DNA of 63,413 nucleotides from assembly GCA_029261475.1 (NCBI GenBank), contig JAJDBG010000018.1, forward strand, positions 1 through 63,413. Reading direction: 5' to 3'. This stretch comes from Nitrospinaceae bacterium. Lineage in GTDB: Bacteria > Nitrospinota > Nitrospinia > Nitrospinales > VA-1. The notes under the pieces were generated by a model, which did not search any database, was not told where the DNA came from, and saw only the letters and a list, made by a program, of their open reading frames with translations. The translations under genes were made by a program, and so were the position numbers. This document shows, one piece after another, positions 60,991 through 63,413 of this stretch (positions are counted from its first letter, which is position 1; each line of letters begins with the position of its first letter).

Positions 60991-62696
60991 TACTCCCCGA
61001 TTAATTTAATCGCTGCGCTTGTTATTGCCTTGTCGTCAAGACCAATATCTTCATATACTTCCTGTAATGTTCCAATCTGCGGGAAGCGGCCACCAATTCC
61101 CAAAACCTTGAAGCTGAATTGTCCCTTTTCGGAGAGCTGGGCAACGATATGTTGGCCGACACCGGAGTTTATTAGTCCATCCTCAAGAATCAGAACCCTT
61201 TTTGTCCTCCGTACGTAAGAGTAGAGCGTATTAATATCGATAGGAATAATTTTTCTGGCATGAAGCACCTGTATGTCACCAATCGTATTCGCCAACCTAA
61301 GCGACTGGACTAGGGTGTTACCAAGAGAAATAACAGAAAGTCTCTTCCCTTGGCGCATTTCTACCATATCACCGCTTGTTACTAACCTAACGTTTTCTCC
61401 AGGTTTTTGAATAAAAACAGGGCCTGCTTTCTCCAAAGTCATGTCGAGTAGCCTGTCGAACTCATCTAGACTTGACGGATTATATAATTTTACATTGGGG
61501 AGAATGTTAAGCAAAGGAAAGGTATAAACACCTTGATGAGTCGGACCAGTGGCGCCGATGCCGGGATTAAGGAGCACGAATACTACTGAAATTTTTAACA
61601 AACACACATCAATAATTTGATCCAAAGCCCGTGGCAAGAACGTGGCGGGAATAAAGCAGATCACTTTATTCTTGTTTAGTGCAATACTGGCGGAGAATGT
61701 TACGCAATGTTGCTCGCTCATCCCGGTATCAAAAACGTAATTTGGATAAATCTCCTTTAACTCATTCAGTCCAGAACTTCTGGCGCTTGCCGGTGATACC
61801 AAATACAGTTCACCGTATTTTTCAACAAGACGATGTGTTTTATTAATGATAAACTTTCCAAAGATGTTTTCCCGCACTGTTTTAAGCTGACCTGTAGATA
61901 AATTGAAAGGTTCAACCCAGTGGAAAGTCACGGGATCTTTTTCAGCCGGTCTGTACCCTTTGCCTTTTGTAGTTTTTATATGAAGAAATACTGGGCATTT
62001 CTTTTGTTTTATATCACTTAGAGTTGCGATGAGTACTTCGGTGGAATGACCGTCTACAGCGCCGATATACTCAAACCCCAAGCTTTGGCTAAATTCCTTG
62101 AGTCTTTTAGCAGAGTGCAGATAACCGGTGTTCTCTGTTACCGAGTAGTCGTTATCATTGTATATAACCAATATATTGGAATGAATATCGCCCGCCTGGT
62201 TGAGTGCCTCGAATGGCTGCCCCCCTGTTATAGAGCCGTCGCCGATAAGGGCGATTGATTTGTACTCAGAATGATTAATGGAGTATCCCAAAGCTGCAGA
62301 AATGGCGGTACCCGAATGACCGCCAGTGTAGAAGTCGAAAGGGCTCTCATGAATATTACCGTATTCCCCAATACCTCCCTTTAAATCCATTGTATGAAAA
62401 AGCCCTGCTCTATCAGTCAGTATTTTATAGGCATGCATCTGATGACCAACATCAAACACGATTTTGTCTTTTGTAAAATCAAATACATTTAAGAGCGCTT
62501 GAATAATCTCGATTGTGCCCAAAGGAGAGGATACATGCCCACCATCCTTGCTCATTTTTTTAAGGATTATTTGTCTCAGGTTTTGCGCCTCAGTCTTTAA
62601 AGCAATGATGGTTTCTAAATCTGTATCTGATTTTTTGTGGTTTTCCCTTATTGCTGGGGTTGGGCCGCTGTCAAGTTGTTTTTTACTTTTTGTCAT
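60990..62696 (-). CDS. 1-deoxy-D-xylulose-5-phosphate synthase (DXS)-family transketolase
   Basis: 568 aa. GGHVSSPLGTIEIIQAL, FDVGHQMHAYKILTDR, GHSGTAISAALG, IGDGSITGGQPFEALN. Confidence 0.8.
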   Translation of the reverse strand: MTKSKKQLDSGPTPAIRENHKKSDTDLETIIALKTEAQNLRQIILKKMSKDGGHVSSPLGTIEIIQALLNVFDFTKDKIVFDVGHQMHAYKILTDRAGLFHTMDLKGGIGEYGNIHESPFDFYTGGHSGTAISAALGYSINHSEYKSIALIGDGSITGGQPFEALNQAGDIHSNILVIYNDNDYSVTENTGYLHSAKRLKEFSQSLGFEYIGAVDGHSTEVLIATLSDIKQKKCPVFLHIKTTKGKGYRPAEKDPVTFHWVEPFNLSTGQLKTVRENIFGKFIINKTHRLVEKYGELYLVSPASARSSGLNELKEIYPNYVFDTGMSEQHCVTFSASIALNKNKVICFIPATFLPRALDQIIDVCLLKISVVFVLLNPGIGATGPTHQGVYTFPLLNILPNVKLYNPSSLDEFDRLLDMTLEKAGPVFIQKPGENVRLVTSGDMVEMRQGKRLSVISLGNTLVQSLRLANTIGDIQVLHARKIIPIDINTLYSYVRRTKRVLILEDGLINSGVGQHIVAQLSEKGQFSFKVLGIGGRFPQIGTLQEVYEDIGLDDKAITSAAIKLIGE

Positions 62697-62745
62697 ATAA
62701 GATAACTATTAAATTAATTAAACGAAATTCAATCTCTAAGCTTAG

Positions 62746-63413
62746 TTAGATAGTCATTACAATTTTGCCTAATACTTCGCGGTGGGACATTTCAGCTATA
62801 GCCCGCGGGACTTCTGATAGTCGTATTCTACGACTAATTAATTTTTCAACAGGAAAATCCTGAGGGGACTTTGTCAGTATCGATATTATAGTATTGAAGT
62901 CCTGTTTAGTTGCACCGTGCGTTCCGCAGAGCCTGACTGTTTTGGTTGTTGTGCGAACAGTTATATCCCCATGACCTCTACGAATTTCGTCAATATTAAT
63001 GTCGTCAGCGTCCGGGAAAACGTCGCCGGCTACGGTTCCGCCAAAAAGTAAAATGATGCTTTCGTTCCTGACAATTCGTCCACATAATTTGAGCACTTCT
63101 GGATACAAAAATGTCGTTGTTGGAATGACTACGTCAAATTCTTCCTTGACTTCATCTTTCGTACATAGTTTATGGGCATCAATAGCCAATCTTGACCTAA
63201 TAAAATTGAGTCTTTCTTGTCCCCGATTTATTATTGATATGTTCGCGCCATAATATTTACATAGAAGACTAATCAATATACCCATCATGCCCGCCCCGAC
63301 TATCGCGACCTTAAAACCATCCAATCGTTCTCTGTTCACATACCTAAACAAAGAGGATACACAATGGTATGCGCAAGACAAAGGCTCTACGAAAACTAAT
63401 TTATCTTTTGGAA
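62746..63413 (-). CDS. Medium-chain (zinc-type) dehydrogenase/reductase; N-terminus beyond the right edge
   Basis: The frame stays open upstream of the track start: ...PKDKLVFVEPLSCAYHCV. Rossmann motif VAIVGAGMMGIL. Confidence 0.75.
   Translation of the reverse strand, partial: PKDKLVFVEPLSCAYHCVSSLFRYVNRERLDGFKVAIVGAGMMGILISLLCKYYGANISIINRGQERLNFIRSRLAIDAHKLCTKDEVKEEFDVVIPTTTFLYPEVLKLCGRIVRNESIILLFGGTVAGDVFPDADDINIDEIRRGHGDITVRTTTKTVRLCGTHGATKQDFNTIISILTKSPQDFPVEKLISRRIRLSEVPRAIAEMSHREVLGKIVMTI

Noticed and set aside
1-63413. CRISPR arrays, rRNA genes, intact tRNA genes, reverse transcriptase (retron/DGR/group II intron)
   Set aside because: I saw no regularly spaced 25-40-nt direct repeats, no rRNA-like conserved stretches, no complete cloverleaf and no RT (YxDD) motif in any long ORF. 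My scan was by eye and not exhaustive.

Overview
63.4-kb window, mostly minus-strand coding, from an AT-rich bacterium. A giant surface protein ends in a T9SS-type C-terminal sorting domain and an NtrC-type sigma-54 activator is present, so the lineage guess is FCB group or a related candidate phylum (inference only). Layout: (1) 1-5005, a haem/redox-flavoured two-component module: a CXXCH-containing sensor kinase, an NtrC-family activator, a sigma-54-like promoter with upstream palindromes, an orphan receiver, and a tandem DOMON/EB_dh-like secreted protein that the ORF track misses. (2) 5356-15047, fossil attachment sites including a clean 3-prime half of tRNA-Pro(GGG), a solo IS200 tnpA, a 1564-aa plant-type LRR/Ig protein, a trypsin-PEGA operon, and gene blocks delimited by recurring intergenic repeat modules. 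(3) 16540-21324, an integrase-proximal four-gene isoprenoid-like operon of unknown function. (4) 22297-33517, a mobilizable element with integrase, excisionase, TrwC-type relaxase-helicase, coupling protein and a second integrase. (5) 35449-58152, a plasmid/ICE-like segment. It carries GIY-YIG, DUF2958, replication-relaxation and RadC-like JAB genes, a RelE-fold::UvrD helicase fusion, and a Type III R-M operon whose res and mod genes are separated by an AT-rich SIR2-family gene. It also carries an orphan methyltransferase, SSB, DUF2335, a TraD-like ATPase, helically phased TTCSGAA heptamer arrays, and an HTH_36 Rep-like gene with iterons. (6) 58404-63413, a small-molecule cluster (NUDIX, IMPase-like, APH-fold kinase, DXS-like, MDR dehydrogenase). 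No rRNA, intact tRNA or CRISPR array was seen. The best candidates for something new are res-SIR2-mod, the isoprenoid-like operon, the RelE-UvrD fusion and the phased heptamer arrays. All domain calls come from motif recognition by eye; none is verified by a database search.
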